A stretch of DNA of 63,572 nt, filler included, from Octopus bimaculoides (Eukaryota): NCBI RefSeq assembly GCF_001194135.2. It is 4 parts of 4 records of this genome, joined end to end, with 100 filler letters (N's around TTAATTAATTAA, not from the genome) between each part and the next. Parts side by side here need not be neighbours in the genome. Positions count along the whole stretch, not along the records: positions 61,702 to 63,572 come from NW_026345159.1; 3 more parts are not named here. One strand, written 5' to 3'. Position numbers and translations under genes: made by a program. Below, in pieces: positions 62,838 through 63,572 of the stretch. The notes below the pieces were generated by a model. It ran no database searches and was not told the origin of the DNA. It worked only from the letters and a program-made list of their open reading frames with translations. Within the stretch, counting starts at the first letter, position 1. Each line of letters starts with the position of its first letter.

Positions 62838-63327
62838 TGGAAGTGCTATCATGTACATTGTTTTGTCTTGGTATAAAAGATGAGCTACAGCAAATATTCT
62901 GCTCATTAACACAGATTTGCTTGTCAGTTGTTTGACCATAACCAGATGAGCATGTCCCTAGGTGGCTGACGATATGTGCACCTCTGATAACGAACAGAAG
63001 TAGTTGGGGAGCATCATAGCTATGTGTTGAGAGGAATTCTTTGGTGTTTGAATAATTCACCTCTGGAAACATGAGTGTTTCGTTCATCATCCTTAAACAA
63101 ACCTTTTTCAGGGACCTATTGAGCAGGATGGGCTACTTGACCTGAAGAAAATTCTAACTGGGCCCCACCTGCAAGGTCATGCGCTGTTTATCTTGATATA
63201 AGATCACCATGTTGCGCACATGTGGTTGTGATGCATGTGCCTAGTGTACCCTTATCAGACGGGCATATTGGGCTTCGTATAATTGTACCCCAGTGTTACT
63301 TTGATGGTATGTACTACTCTCTCACTC
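62838..63327 (+). mobile_element. Unclassified ~490-bp element bounded by (AAT)n
   Basis: Ends CTCTCTCACTCAATAGTAATAATA; the same 3' end occurs as a stub at 56668-56690 (-). Confidence 0.5.
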
Positions 63328-63572
63328 AATAGTAATAATAACATACACATGTGATAATGGTTTTGAAGTCGAAATGCTGATGTAAACCAAGCAACAACAC
63401 ATCAGTGCCTCTCAGGACTGAAAGTAGAGACTGAAGGTTTCACCTTGGCTACACAAAATCAAAGCTTGCTTACCAAAAACTACCAGGCTAACGTTCTTCT
63501 GACCCTAAATGCAAATTCTGCAACACATTTGACGAAACAATAGACAATCTCGTCTCGGGATGTTCTGTGCTG

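Overview
AT-rich, gapped eukaryotic scaffold. The '[10 protein letters not shown]...HTGEKP' zinc-finger style, tRNA-headed SINE families and dense microsatellites fit an octopus/coleoid cephalopod genome; this is inference, not a database result. The left ~29 kb is a C2H2 zinc-finger (ZNF) cluster. It holds two intact convergent genes with a single coding exon each: ZNF-A (+, 10 fingers) and ZNF-B (-, 16 fingers plus one dead finger). It also holds a ZNF pseudogene, a decayed finger array and an orphan copy of ZNF first-exon sequence. These sit among nested transposon fossils (mariner, Tc1, Penelope-like, Helitron, L1/Tx1, Gypsy, MITEs, foldbacks). The right ~34 kb has no supportable host gene: microsatellites, SINEs, LINE fragments, a DD37D-like transposase relic, a piggyBac-like MITE and a cryptic Ala/Thr/Val minisatellite. 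Three artificial 100-bp linkers (N44-TTAATTAATTAA-N44) mean adjacency across 29.2, 59.6 and 61.6 kb is not guaranteed. The most interesting signals are: (i) a reusable ZNF gene cassette (homologous non-coding exon 1, splice acceptor and long 5'UTR), with a head-to-head orphan exon 1; (ii) a loop-less ~250-nt hairpin just downstream of the ZNF-A stop; (iii) finger-array turnover by in-linker stops and block duplication; (iv) a short dispersed repeat carrying a minimal hammerhead-ribozyme-like fold. No prokaryote-type system (CRISPR, operon) is present, and I found no clearly new protein-coding system.
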